Below, one piece after another: positions 53,338 through 64,000 of a DNA stretch of 64,000 nucleotides (the first letter of the stretch is position 1; the number at the start of each line of letters is the position of its first letter). The translations under genes were made by a program, and so were the position numbers. Source of the DNA: Lama guanicoe (Eukaryota); assembly GCA_013239625.1 (NCBI GenBank), contig MU054187.1:2551757-2615756 (forward strand), given 5' to 3'. The notes beneath the pieces are model-generated. The model did no database searches, had not been told where the DNA came from, and saw only the letters and a program-made list of their open reading frames with translations.

Positions 53338-53620
53338 GTGATCTAGTAAACGTGGTTTCTCATCTGGACCATTAGCTTCTAGGATGTGCTGTTACAGGAC
53401 AAATCCTGTGACGGTTTCTGATAAAGCCATCGTAAACAGAGTTACCAGTTGTTGGTTTTTCAGTATACTGCCAAATCGGCTCCTATCAGAGGGACGGGGT
53501 CCATACGTCTTATGCCTTGCCAGACTTCCTGGAAGCTGCTGTCTTACTTTCACTCTCTCATGACTGTATCCACTGGATGTCCGTCAGCCAGTATGGAACT
53601 CTTGACCAGTAACCTGGATC
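53338..53620 (-). pseudogene. RGS22-like exon remnant (linker plus start of second RGS module)
   Basis: Acceptor ttctattctcttcctaag| and donor CAC|GTATGT. FTMALSETVTGFVL*QHILEANG ~ LLQSLYVENRAGFFFTKFCEHSG. Confidence 0.6.
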
Positions 53621-53707
53621 CTTAGGAAGAGAATAGAATATTCAGAGAAAAGTGAAACAGAACTATTTTATTTCAGTATATTTGAGAGAGTATGTACTCA
53701 GGTTTAC

Positions 53708-54039
53708 TTTTAAAAAGAATTAAATCCTTAAGAACAAATGCAAAGAAGACAAAGATGCCTAAAAATTGTCCCTTTAGGAACCCAGACGTGTTACGAGGGG
53801 ACCCATTTGTCAGAGGGGGAGGTTCAGGCTCTGATGCCTTCAGTTCCCAGAGCCGGACAGTCCTGTGGAGAATGGAAGGAACCATTCTGCCTGCACTGAA
53901 TCTTTGACAGATCTCCCGCAGGAAACAAAACCATCCTGGGGGAGCCAGTGTCCGTGTCCTTGCAGCCCACCCACATGTGAGTGACGTCCAGTGAGGTCCC
54001 TGGAGGGAATCCAAGGAGAGTTTGCTGATGGAGAGAGTT
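53708..54039 (-). pseudogene. RGS22-like exon remnant (end of first RGS module)
   Basis: Acceptor ttccattccacatccttttcag|. ISKLSLDSLQGPHWT ~ LSKFKLLDGSQWN; HWLPQ ~ YWAPR (other frame); VRLWELKASEP (53826-53858) ~ LKFWHLRQAKP. Confidence 0.7.
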
Positions 54040-54879
54040 CTGAAAAGGATGTGGAATGGAAACGTGGCTTTTGAGGGGAAAATGGACTGTTGTTAAATTT
54101 CTGACCGTTTCTGAAAAATCTTGTTCCAGTATTTTAAACAGGTATTGATAGATAACGAATGACAATGGTACTAGAATTCCACTGGGAGCACTGGAAAGTG
54201 AGATAAAGGGTTTTACTCAAAAATTTAAATATCCCCAGTACATGGGAGGGCACATCCTTTGCAACTACTTAAACTAAGATAAACATGTTGGGATGGCAGT
54301 GTGTCAATACATAAGGGTGGGAGGTAGTTTCTCAAAACTCTTGCAGGGGCTGGGTGTTGGCATCACTTTGTGGATGAAGCCACAATATTAATGAAAGGAA
54401 GCGTGCCTGGGTATCTGGTTTACCATCAACCTGCAGCAGCTGGGCCTGGAGATCTGAAAACAGAGGTGACCCTGCAGTCGTGCAGCCATAGCCTAGGTGC
54501 TATTTCGAGCCAGGAAAAGTGAAGCTCGCGGCCACACAAAGGGCCTCCCCGATTGTGTATTGCTTACTTCCTCACATTGTGGGCCTCCAGGATCTGCTGG
54601 CAAATGAGGCGGTGAGTCAGGACCCAGCAGCTGATTCCAGGGCCTAGATAAGGCATCTGGAAATCTATCCGTGAGCCTGAAGGGCTGGTGAGGCGGCCAC
54701 CCACTTTATCAAGGCTGCTCAGGTGGTCCTGCTGGGCCCCAGCGGGGCCGAAGTGCAGACAGGTTTGGGCCAGGCCGCGTGAATCTGTGGAGTGGGAGAC
54801 CCAGGCTCAGCCCTGGGAGGGAGTCTCTCTACTCAGGGAAAAGCCAGGGCTGTGCCCGGCACTTGGAAGGAACTGAAAC

Positions 54880-54972
54880 GTTCTTCTGTGCATGAATTCT
54901 TTCAGTGAAACCTTAAGGATACATCCCCAAAGGTTGCAACCCAGATAACATCTGAATAGCCTATTATTTTTC
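54880..54972 (-). pseudogene. RGS22-like small exon remnant
   Basis: Acceptor ctgcctgcctatttctag|G. Phase-2 join with the 56867 donor gives R-KNNRLFRCYLGCNLWGCIL ~ RHLEKMKKCYLVSNGDYYL. 3' end approximate. Confidence 0.55.
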
Positions 54973-55314
54973 CTAGAAATAGGCAGGCAGTGAATACACA
55001 AGCTGACCACCTCACTGTGCCTGGGGCATGAGTCTACCCTGTCCCCCAGCTGGCCCAGCCTGACCTCTCCATGTATTCCTCCCTTCCAGGGGTTCTCCTC
55101 ACCTGGGGGCCAGGTGATGGAGGCAGGATGCCTGCTGGAGATTCAGCTGGAGTGTTCACACTCATGGGTCCCCACAAACTCCTGCCCCTGAGCTATTCTC
55201 CCCAACTTTTGTCAGCCATCCCCCCGTGTATTCACGTCCAAATGGAGGACCATCTTCCATGTCTCACTTTTCTCTGTCCCGTACCTAATAGTTTGTTTAG
55301 GTATTTATTTTTTT

Positions 55315-55585
55315 TTATTGTAGTAAAATACACGTAACATAAAATTTACCAGTTTAACCATTTTGAAGTTTACAGATCTATGGTATTAAGTAAATTCATT
55401 TTATGGCACAACCACCACCACCACTATCCAGTCCCAGGACTTTCTAAAAAAAATCATCCCACACAGAAACTCTACCCATTAAATAACTCACTCCCCTCCA
55501 CTCCCTCCGGCCCCCAGGAACCTCTACTCCATGCTCTGGGGCCTCACATAAGCTGAATTGCACAGTATGTGTCCTTTTGTGTCTT
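55315..55585 (-). mobile_element. L1MB-type 3' terminus
   Basis: aacataaaatttaccagtttaaccatttt. Confidence 0.75.
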
Positions 55586-55779
55586 CCCTCCTTCCCTTCC
55601 ACGCCTCCTCTTCCTTCCAGCACATACCGGCCGCGTGCCTACCTGTGCTGGGGACGCCGCAGACAGCATGGCCATTCTTTCATGGGATGAACTAATGAAG
55701 AAGACAAATAATAAATGCCTAAAGTGAATAAATAACGTGACTCAGGAGAGTAATAAATGCTCTAGGGCAATCAAGACGT

Positions 55780-56300
55780 GTGCCAGGGGCGGTGTGTGCT
55801 CCTGGACGTAGCCCTGAGGCCTGAGCGAGACCCGGGAAGGGAAGGGTCAGCTCCGCCCCGAGCTGTGGGAAGAGCCGCCGGGGCCCGGGGGCAGCCGGGC
55901 CCGGGTGGGGACCGGCCGGTGGGCTGGGTGCAGCAGCCGGAGGCGCGGAGGCGCCGTGGGAAGGGACGTCAGAGGGGCAGAGGGCGCCTCGGTCTGGTTG
56001 GTTCTCAGACGTGTGACGAGGACCCGGGTTTGACCCCAAGGACGATGCAAAGCCTCTTAGGGGGCATGTGACGCCGTCACGCGTGCACTTAGAAAAGCCT
56101 CCTCTGCCTGCGGGAGGCGCGCGGAGACGAGCCGGGGAGAAGCGGGGAGGCCAGGTGGGCGGCGCCGCCGAAGGGCAGGGGCGCGCTGCGGCGCCCACCC
56201 TGCAGCGCGGCGCCCACCCTGCAGCGCGGCGCCCACCCTGCAGCGCGGCGCCCACCCTGCAGCGCGGCGCCCGGGCACCCGCCCGCCTGTAGCTTAGGCC
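55780..56300. promoter_or_regulatory. CpG island inside an intron of the RGS22-like pseudogene
   Basis: CpG-dense; palindrome GTGACG-C-CGTCAC near 56068-56080; GC boxes. Confidence 0.6.
56188..56272 (+). repeat. 19-bp minisatellite (GCGGCGCCCACCCTGCAGC) x4.5
   Basis: Four perfect units starting at 56188, 56207, 56226 and 56245, plus a 9-bp partial unit. Confidence 0.97.
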
Positions 56301-56866
56301 TTCTAACTTGTTAACACCGATGAGGAGCCAAGCAGATACTGTGCTGTCAGGATCAACCCCCGCCCCCCCCATCTTAATCTTGTACTAACTAGTAGAGTGA
56401 ATTGACTGAATTTCAAAGGTCAATAGGGAAACGCTTTAAGAAAATTTTAAAACAAATTTCCCACAAGAATTTCTATATGCCAGAGATGGAAGAGACAAAT
56501 TCAGTTCTTTCATCTCTGTCTGATACCACATAGTGTTGATGTAATTTTAAATATCTCCTGGGGTGTGTTTTTATTGTTTCTTGAAGGCAATTGTTTTCGT
56601 ATTTCAAACATCCTTCTATTAAGAATTTAAATTGTAATTTTTTTTTCTATTGTAAACTAACAAAGAGCCAGGGAGTGTATATTCAGTATGAGGAGTAATT
56701 AAAGACAGCTGACTGAGGAATTAAAAAAAAGTGTGACCCAATACTTTTTGAATTAGTTTCCTAGATCTATTAAATTATGTTGGATGGTTTAAAAGGAGTT
56801 CCTGATCTCCTGTAAAATTGTTTGTTTCTGATACTTGTTGGTTACTAATCTTAATCCTTCACTCAC

Positions 56867-57490
56867 CTCTTGTCCCTTAATCCACGTGAAAAAGGGGAAA
56901 AAAGCAGCATTGATGAGCCGGGCTGAACATCAAAGGAACGATCTTCCCCACGGACTGGGCCCTCCACTCTCCTAACTGCTTTGCTGATTTCGCCGAACCT
57001 TTCCCATTTGTCTACTGAGCTGCTCATTCCTAAAGCCCCAGGTTTGTTGCCAGAAGATCTTCCTTTTTATGGTTTTTTCTTTTCTTTTTTTTTTGCTACA
57101 AGTTCTTGTCCTACTAGTGGTTCTTGGACAATTGTGTGGTGCTGCCCTGTGATCAGCACAGGGAATACCAGACCCCAGAAACTCAGCCCCACCTCGTCTT
57201 GGGCATACCTTAACTAAAACTCAGGTCTCTCGGGTACTCGTTTCTTTAGAAAGTGCATTCATTTCCCCATGAACACGATCAGAATCGCTCTGCCTTTTTT
57301 GTTTCTTCTTTTCTAGGAATGAAATTAATGTGATGATAACCTCCTTCTCCCCAGACCTGGGTATCGATTTCTGCTTCATTTTTCTGGCCCCTCTTCTAAG
57401 TTCTGAAGACACTACCGAAGAGGGGTATTGATCAGCAGGCTGCCTGTCACTTCCTTGGGCGCAAAGGACACAAGCCCTGTCACCTCCATG
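56867..57490 (-). pseudogene. RGS22-like exon remnant (start of first RGS module)
   Basis: Consensus donor GAG|GTGAGT at 56867. Last frame reads DKWERFGEISKAVRRVEGPVRGEDRSFDVQ...LRDKR ~ KEFERFKKFIKGTLGERYWWLWMDIE...GRHQR. 5' boundary uncertain. Confidence 0.55.
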
Positions 57491-58444
57491 CCCCAGAATA
57501 GACCCAAAGGTAAAGAGTCAGAGATGAAAGGCCTCTGATTAGTCCTCCTTTGTAATCAGCCTCTCAGGAAGCACTGAGCCTCTGTTTACACCTGTCCTTG
57601 GAGTTTAAGATGGAAAACTTTTACTCCCAGGTTCGTGCACAGATGGAGGTGAAGCAGAACTCTTATCTCTCTCGTTTCTTATGGGGAGAGACGGATCGTT
57701 TGTTGTTAAGGTGGTTTGTCTTTTTAGGTAAAAAGCTTCTGTTTCCTGGGTCTTTCGTTGGTTGGCCACGCTGCTGGGACTTCATCTGTTACAGAAATCA
57801 ACACTTCAGGCATTGAGTAAAGAACACCCCAATTAATTTCCTCCAAAGAAAAGAACGTGCAGACCCTGAGGGATTCCTTTTTCTTTCCTTGAGTTGCAAC
57901 GATGCCATTGATTTCATTGTTAAGCCAGAGCAGAGGGGGTCAAGGGAGTTTCAAGAAGCCTAGAGAAGGAATGCAAGAAAAGTCATTACTCATCCCCGTT
58001 CACTGAGTGGCCGATTACAAGTCAGGACAGCAACTCTGAACTGCCACCTGGAGAAGAGAAATTTTCTAAAGTGGCCTTGGCTTAACCCATCCCCTTGTGG
58101 TTAACTCGGTGACTCACCTTTAAAACCCTGGTCCTGTCATGAAGTTCTGGTAACCCTTTGTTAATGTTCCGTCGATAGTCTCTCCTTTCCGGCCGCAGAT
58201 TATTGCCGTAGAGCGGGCACGCGCCGCTCGTTTGAGTTGCAGTCTGCTCCCGCACTGCCCCGCTCCTCGTTGTGCCCTGGCTGTTTGCGTTTTCACTTAC
58301 CGGGTCCGGAAGTCACTTACATGCGTATCTCCTAAGTTCTGTGCAGTTTCCACAGCTGTGAACACATGACTATGCAATATGTCCAGCAAGCTACAAAGAA
58401 GGAAAACATGTACGGAGTTTAACTTGATAATAAGTGTTCTTGCA

Positions 58445-58675
58445 GGGGGAGGGGTAAATTAGGGGTTTGCGATTAGCAGATACAAACTACTGTATATAAA
58501 ATTGACAAACAACAAGATCTTACTGTATAGCACAGGGAACTATATTCAATATCTTATAAAAACCTATGAAAAAGAATATGAAAAACGACATGTATGTGTA
58601 TAACTGAATCACGATGCTGTACACCAGAAATTAACACAACGTAAATCAACTCTACGTCAGTTAAAAATAAAAAAC
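58445..58675 (+). mobile_element. L1 3' end
   Basis: tagcacagggaactatattcaatatctt...A-tail. Confidence 0.88.
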
Positions 58676-60082
58676 AACCCAGGGTGGGCATTACGCCTGG
58701 TGATTTGGGGCAAGAACAGCCCTCCTGGCCTTTCTCTCTCTTCCTGCCCCCTTCCCGGGAGGAGGAAGAAGGAGAGGCAGGTCTTTCTGGTCTCAGAGCA
58801 GTAGTGTTCAGCCCTTTCCCTTTCCAGAACCTGCGAAGCTCTCTCCCAGGTCTGTCCCATCTGTCCCATCTGCCTCCTGACCCCAGGAGAGCTCCCTCTT
58901 CTCATCTGTCCCACCCCAGCTGAGAAGCCAGGGAGCACGTCTGTCTGGGGTTAGGTAGCTGTCCTTCCACCCCATTTAGTGGATCATTCTGCACCCTAGT
59001 TAGAACCCTTGTGTTTGGAAAACATGATGGGAAATTGTTTCTGCAATCAGCTGAGTATAAGTAACTATAGATATGAGGCCCCCCTTTTTTTCCCAAAGTT
59101 TAGATGTGATCAGCTCTGTAGACCCCTGATTTGCTCAGAAGCAAATACACATGAGCTCAGTTTCCCTAAACATATTTTTTTCATGTGTACATCCAATTCT
59201 GGAATATTTCTCTTGGTAATAAATGTGACATTTTGGGGAAGAATCCGTATAGAAAGAGTAATTCTATTTGTCTGAAGTTTATAGATTGTGACACTGCACT
59301 TAGCCGATGAGGGTCCCGGACGTGTGACTCAGAGGTTATGTTTCCTTCTGCGCCTCCAGTGTCCTGAAAGAAATAGAGTGGTTTTCAGGGACCTCTCTGC
59401 AAATACCAATCTTATTGTGATAAGCCAGAAATCTGTCCTATTTGTTTTAGAGTATTTTCCATCCACATCGAGCCCAGTTGGTAACTCGACTTGTGTCAGA
59501 AAACAATTCGCATAGATACCAGGATTAGTAGGCCTTTGAAGACAGTGTCGGTCAAGATAGGGTCGCTTTGTACCCTCTTGCTCCTAAATCCCGCCGAAGG
59601 TTGTCTCCTCCTAGCTGCCCGGCCAGCCTGGGTCACTGATTAACAACCCCTGGGCTTGGGACCGCTGCTTGCCCAACGAGCGTATGATGAAACTCAAACT
59701 CACTCGCTACGCCGTGTCACCGGCCAGGAAAAGGTGCCCTCCAGAATTAACCTGGTGTGGCTGGGTTAAGTCAGTACAGCGTTTATTGTTTGCTTGTTTG
59801 ATTCATTGACTTTATCATTCTCTCTCACACTGTATGTACATCTTTCTGTATGTTTTTCTGAACCATTTGTACATGGGTGCTTCTCCCACGCCCACCAGTA
59901 TTTCCTCCACACATTCCCCAAAGCGGGAATATTCCCTTACAGATCCGCAGATTAATGATCAAATTTGGGGAATTTAAGATTATTTCCAAATTGTGATCTA
60001 ATATGTGTCCCATATTCTAATTTCTTTCTTTTTATTAAACTCTCATCCTACATTTTTTGTTGTTGCTGTTGTTTTGGACGAG

Positions 60083-60200
60083 AGGAGGTAATTAGGTTTA
60101 TTGATTTATTTTTTAGTTTTTTAACGGTGGTACTGGGGATTGAACCCAGGACCTTGTGCATGCTAACCACAGCACTCTCCCCCCGAGCTATACCTCCCCC
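60083..60200 (-). mobile_element. tRNA-derived SINE
   Basis: ggggattgaacccaggaccttgtgcatgc. Confidence 0.85.
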
Positions 60201-60639
60201 TGCCAATTTCTTGAGTATTCCAATAATGTGCTTTATAGCTAATTTTTAATTTTTTAATATAGAATCTAGGCCAGGATCATTGTTATACTTAGTTATGTCT
60301 TGTGAGTCTCCTAAAATTTGGTCCTAAAATTTGGAACAGTTCCTTAGTCTGTGTCTTTTACCATTAATATTGCTGAGGAATACAGGGCAGCTACTTTTTC
60401 GAGTATCTCAATTTGAGTTTCTCTGATTCCCCTTCGCTACCCACCCCAGCTTTATTGAGGTATAATTGTGTAAGTTTCTTAAATTTTCTGGGCCTTGGTT
60501 TCTTTGCTGCAAAAAGAGAACAGTGGTGGTAACTTCTTAGGGTGATTTTAAAGATTCAATGTATTGATATAGATAACTAGTAATTGTTCACTATGTTATC
60601 AGCTATTTTTATGTCTTGAAAGTATTACTCTAAAAAAAG

Positions 60640-61880
60640 TGGTCTATACATACACTGGAATATTATTCAGCCTTAAAACGGAAAAAATTCTGTCACATGA
60701 TACAATATTGATGGACTCTGAGGACATTAGGCTAAGTGAGATAAGCCTGTCATGAAAGGACTATATGATTCCACTAATGTGAGTACACAGAGTTTCAAAT
60801 TTATGGAGAAAATAAAAGCCATGGTTTCTGGGGCTGGAGGAGGGGAGCATGGGAGTCAGTGTTTCATGGGGACAGAGTTTTAGCTGGAGAAGATGAAAAA
60901 GTTCTGGAGATGAATAGTGAGGATGGTTACACAGTGATGTGATGGTGCTTAAAGCCGCCTAACTGAACACTTAGAAATGGTTAAAATGGTAAATTTTGTG
61001 TTACGTATCTTTTACCACAGTAAACATTTTGGAAAACTTATTCTGACTGCTGTGTGGAGGATGGGGGTGGAGGGCAGGAGGACGCAGAGCCAGCAGTCAG
61101 GGGCTCCACCCGTCTGATCTAGAGAAGGCAGTGATGATGCTGGAGGTTCATGGAAGAAGACGCATTTGGGGTGCAGTTTGAAGTAGTAAAACCTTAAGGA
61201 CAGGAGCTTGCTGGAAGGTTGGATAGGGGGCTGAGGACAAGGAGAGCTTTCTTCTTTCTGGCTTTAAAGTTGGGTGATTTCAAGGGGGGAGGGTATAGCT
61301 CAAGTGGTAGAGTGCATGATGAGGTCCTGAGTTCAATCCCCAGTACCTTGTCTAAAAATAAATAAATAAGTAGACCTAATTACCCCCCCCACATACACAA
61401 AAAAGGTGTATGATCTCACTCTCTGTATCTTTTAAACTCTAACTCCCTGTCCCCTCCCCCAGTCCTTGGTACCCACTATTTCACTTTCTGTCCCTATGAA
61501 TGTGGCTACTCTGGGTACCTCAAATGAGTGGAGTCACATAACACCTGTCCTTTGGTGGCTGGCTTATTTCACTGAGCATAATGTCTTCAAGGTTTCTCCA
61601 TGCTACGGCATGTGACAGTGTTTCCTTCTTTTTCAAGGCTGAGTAATAGTCCTTTGTATGGATATATCACATTTTGTGTATCCACTCATCAGTCAATAGA
61701 CACTGAGTTGCTTCCATCTTTTGGCTGTTGTGAATAATGCTGCTGTGAACATGGGTTTGGTACAAATATCTGTATAAGTCCCTTTTTTCATTTCTTTTGG
61801 ATGTACATCCAGAATTGAAATTGCTGGATCACATAGTAAGTGTAAGTTTAATTTTTTAAGGAACCATCATACTGTTTTAA
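60640..61880. mobile_element. L1MB-type fragments (plus 60640-61025, minus 61420-61880)
   Basis: gaagatgaaaaagttctggagatg and ttggctgttgtgaataatgctgctgtgaac blocks. Confidence 0.8.
61284..61390 (+). mobile_element. tRNA-derived SINE
   Basis: ggggagggtatagctcaagtggtagag...gagttcaatccccagtacc. Confidence 0.85.
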
Positions 61881-61885
61881 TTAAT

Positions 61886-61979
61886 CAATTATTTATTTTT
61901 TAATGGAAGTACTGGGGACTGAACCCAGGACCTCGTGCATGCTAAGCACATGCTGTACCACTGAGCTGTACCCTCCCGC
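61886..61979 (-). mobile_element. tRNA-derived SINE
   Basis: ggggactgaacccaggacctcgtgcatgctaagc. Confidence 0.85.
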
Positions 61980-62483
61980 CAGTTTACTTACGATTGTTTT
62001 TAAGGTACTATCTGCCGAATTCTTTGTACTCCTGTACCTTGGACCTTGCCTTACACGTGATGAGTGCTCAACAAATATTATTACTTTAGGTTATTTTCTT
62101 TTTTCTCTCCTTCCTATTGAAGTATAGTTGGTCTTCAGTATTAGTTTTGGGTGTACAACATGGCGATTTGGTATTTTTGTAGATTATGCGTCAAAGTTAT
62201 TATATGTTCAGTTTGTCAGTTCCGTGTATACTATGAGACTGTTTATCCAAACTGAAAGGGACCGTGAACAGAAATCTAGGTAGTTAACCAAGGAAACCAC
62301 TGGATTCCGCTGTCTCCTGCCCTGTCCCCTACCCGCCCTGTGTCCTGTCTCCTACCCCCCCCCAGCGGTGTGCCGGGCTCCGCGCCGGCGCTCCTGGTTT
62401 CGCCGGCAGTCCGTGCTGCTGCTGCTTCCCGGGCATGTTGTTTCTTTACTGATTCATCCACCTGAGCGCATCTCCTCCCTCAC

Positions 62484-63070
62484 CTCCTTTCCCTTCTTTA
62501 AGCAGAGAGTTAGGGGACAGAAGTAATAGACAGACTGAGAATAATGAGAAAGCTGTGGACCTCTCTGGCTCCAGAGCCCCTCTGGGAAAACGGAAGGGCC
62601 CCCTCCGCGATGTCTGCGCCCGGCCGCTCTAGGGAGCACGAGGGGACCTCCGGGCCGAGCGCAGCTGCTCTGAGCCGGCCCCGTCGAAGGGCGCCGAGCT
62701 GGAGCCTGGAGGTCACGGCCACCGCTGGCGCCTGCTCTGAACCTAGCAGACAGCGTGCTCTCCTTGCACGTCGTCCATGCCCGCTTCACACTGTTGACCT
62801 GGAGAGATGAACGGCCTCGTCACCTCCCGGGGCTACAGCCACCGACCTCCCTCCTCCCTCCTGCACAGGCAAATATTTACCAGCTCTCTGACATCCCGGA
62901 GGTCAGCCCTGAGGAGGTAAAGGCAGTGTTCAGAGCCCCCAGAAGCGGAGACTTCACGTTTATTCAAACCAGCATTGAGAGACTGACCCCCCAGGGAGCA
63001 TCTTGAAAAACTCCTGGTCTCAGATATAAGCTTGTGGACTCTGTGAGCTTCCTCATTATCAGCATCAAGG
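62484..63070 (-). pseudogene. RGS22-like exon remnant (CLSREEG motif)
   Basis: Long polypyrimidine tract (63075-63140) ending in TGG instead of TAG. VNICLCRREEGGRWL* at 62833-62880 ~ YNIMCLSREEGIKWI, followed in another frame by CKESTLSARF ~ CYFEYRLAKLV. The 3' boundary (GAG|GTGAGG) is tentative. Confidence 0.7.
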
Positions 63071-63580
63071 CCAGGGAATGAGAAAAGAAGGAAAAAGAAG
63101 AAGGGAAAGAAAAGAAGAGCTGAAGGAGAGGGAGAGAGATGAGGGGGCAGTCCTGGCGGCCAGGGTGACGGACACACGTCTTTCCTTGATGTTCAGCCCA
63201 GCCGTGACCTGCTTTCTGGATGCAAACTGAACTGGGGGAAAAGCAGTTCCCATGGAGAGCATCAAGCACCTAACAAAAAGTGAGTTTTGGAAGCATAACC
63301 ATCCCATTCATTCAGTCAGGCTCTAGAACCCAGATAAAGCCCAGAGATGGAAAAGATGTGAGATCAGCTGTTGGAAATAAATAAAACACGTCTTGAACTG
63401 AGCATCACAACGGTCCTTGATTTTTAATCCTCATCGTAATCATGAGAGGATGGTGTTGGATCCCCATCGGCCAAGAGAGGCTACCTGAGGCAGAGAGCAC
63501 CAGTGACCTCCGGAGCCCACACAGCACGTGAAAGGTGGGGCCGGGCTGCCACGGTTGTTCTATGCTGACTCCAAACCTAC

Positions 63581-63862
63581 CCTCATTGCACCGAAGAATC
63601 TACTGCCACTTGAACCCAGACCACAACAGACTTGGCTGGAAGCAGACCTCAAAGCAAACAGCAGCAGAGCAGACCTCGGGAGAAGCAGCCGGCCGGCAGG
63701 TGGTCAGGCAGTGGGGACCCGTCTGGGAAGGCCGGGGAGGAAGGCGGCCTGGGCACCCGCGGGCCCGGCTCCCACGCAGCCCGCCGCCTGCGAGCAGGTG
63801 CTGGGACACGTTTCCTCCGATTCCACGTCCATTGTTCTGCCGTTGTTGCACCGTCTCACTGT
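63581..63862 (-). pseudogene. RGS22-like exon remnant (N-terminal region)
   Basis: Acceptor ttcatttccgtctgtgatag| and donor AGG|GTAGGT. Frameshifted SETVQ..DVESEE..SQHL resembles RGS22 SEAIR..EVAND..PQFL. Confidence 0.5.
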
Positions 63863-64000
63863 CTATCACAGACGGAAATGAAATTGGTCTGAAATGGTTT
63901 CCTCTTCCCACAGTCTTCCCCGGCTGTGTATTGATAGATGGCTTTTAAATATAATATCCTTACAGACAGGAAAATTAAGCTGATCTATCCCTTTAGTGGA

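Larger units (their letters stand above)
37685..63862 (-). pseudogene. Unprocessed (multi-exon) pseudogene of an RGS22-like multi-RGS-domain gene; 5' end outside window
   Basis: Series of minus-strand segments bounded by polypyrimidine-AG acceptors and GT donors. Their translations, broken by stops and frameshifts, match RGS22 segments (recalled) in N-to-C order. Examples: NICLCRREEGGRWL~NIMCLSREEGIKWI; VRLWELKASEP~LKFWHLRQAKP; VPWTK~EPWTK; GPVFAEATQQ~GPYVFREAQM; ILERRQVILKERKKK~VLERRQEYNKQKKK; ESMVQDKVLTFIN~ESVIQKKITTIIN. Confidence 0.8.

Noticed and set aside
53560..53600. YWLTDIQWIQ as the match to RGS22 WLWMDIERLK
   Set aside because: Out of colinear order; the 56.9-kb segment fits that position with a compatible splice phase, so this is likely chance.
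53647..53659. ISRE/IRF-like GAAAAGTGAAAC (and GGAAATGAAA near 63874)
   Set aside because: Both are simply the complement of minus-strand polypyrimidine tracts at splice acceptors.
55719..56372. 217-aa ORF with repeats, and the 19-bp repeat as a CRISPR-like array
   Set aside because: The ORF comes from the CpG island and minisatellite; the repeats are head-to-tail with no spacers, in a mammalian genome.
37685..63862. Calling the locus a functional RGS22 or RGSL1 CDS
   Set aside because: Nearly every exon has stops or frameshifts, and similarity is far below that expected for a mammalian ortholog.

Overview
Mammalian genomic DNA, repeat-rich, with no intact protein-coding gene I can support. 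The abundant ~110-bp tRNA-derived SINE and artiodactyl-type L1 3' ends point to a camelid (inference). Main result: the right ~27 kb (about 37.7-63.9 kb, minus strand) holds a heavily decayed, intron-containing pseudogene. At least 12 AG/GT-flanked exon remnants match RGS22-family (multi-RGS-domain) protein segments in colinear order. It is probably a dead RGS22 paralog with more RGS modules than RGS22, and its 5' end lies beyond the window. The RGS22 comparisons are by-eye alignments to a sequence recalled from memory and need a real search. Also present: a full-length RPS15A processed pseudogene with target-site duplications, three CpG islands (one with a Z-DNA-prone tract, one with a 19-bp minisatellite), a near-perfect 211-bp tandem duplication that may be an assembly artefact, and many L1, SINE, MaLR and DNA-transposon fossils. 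Repeat boundaries are approximate.
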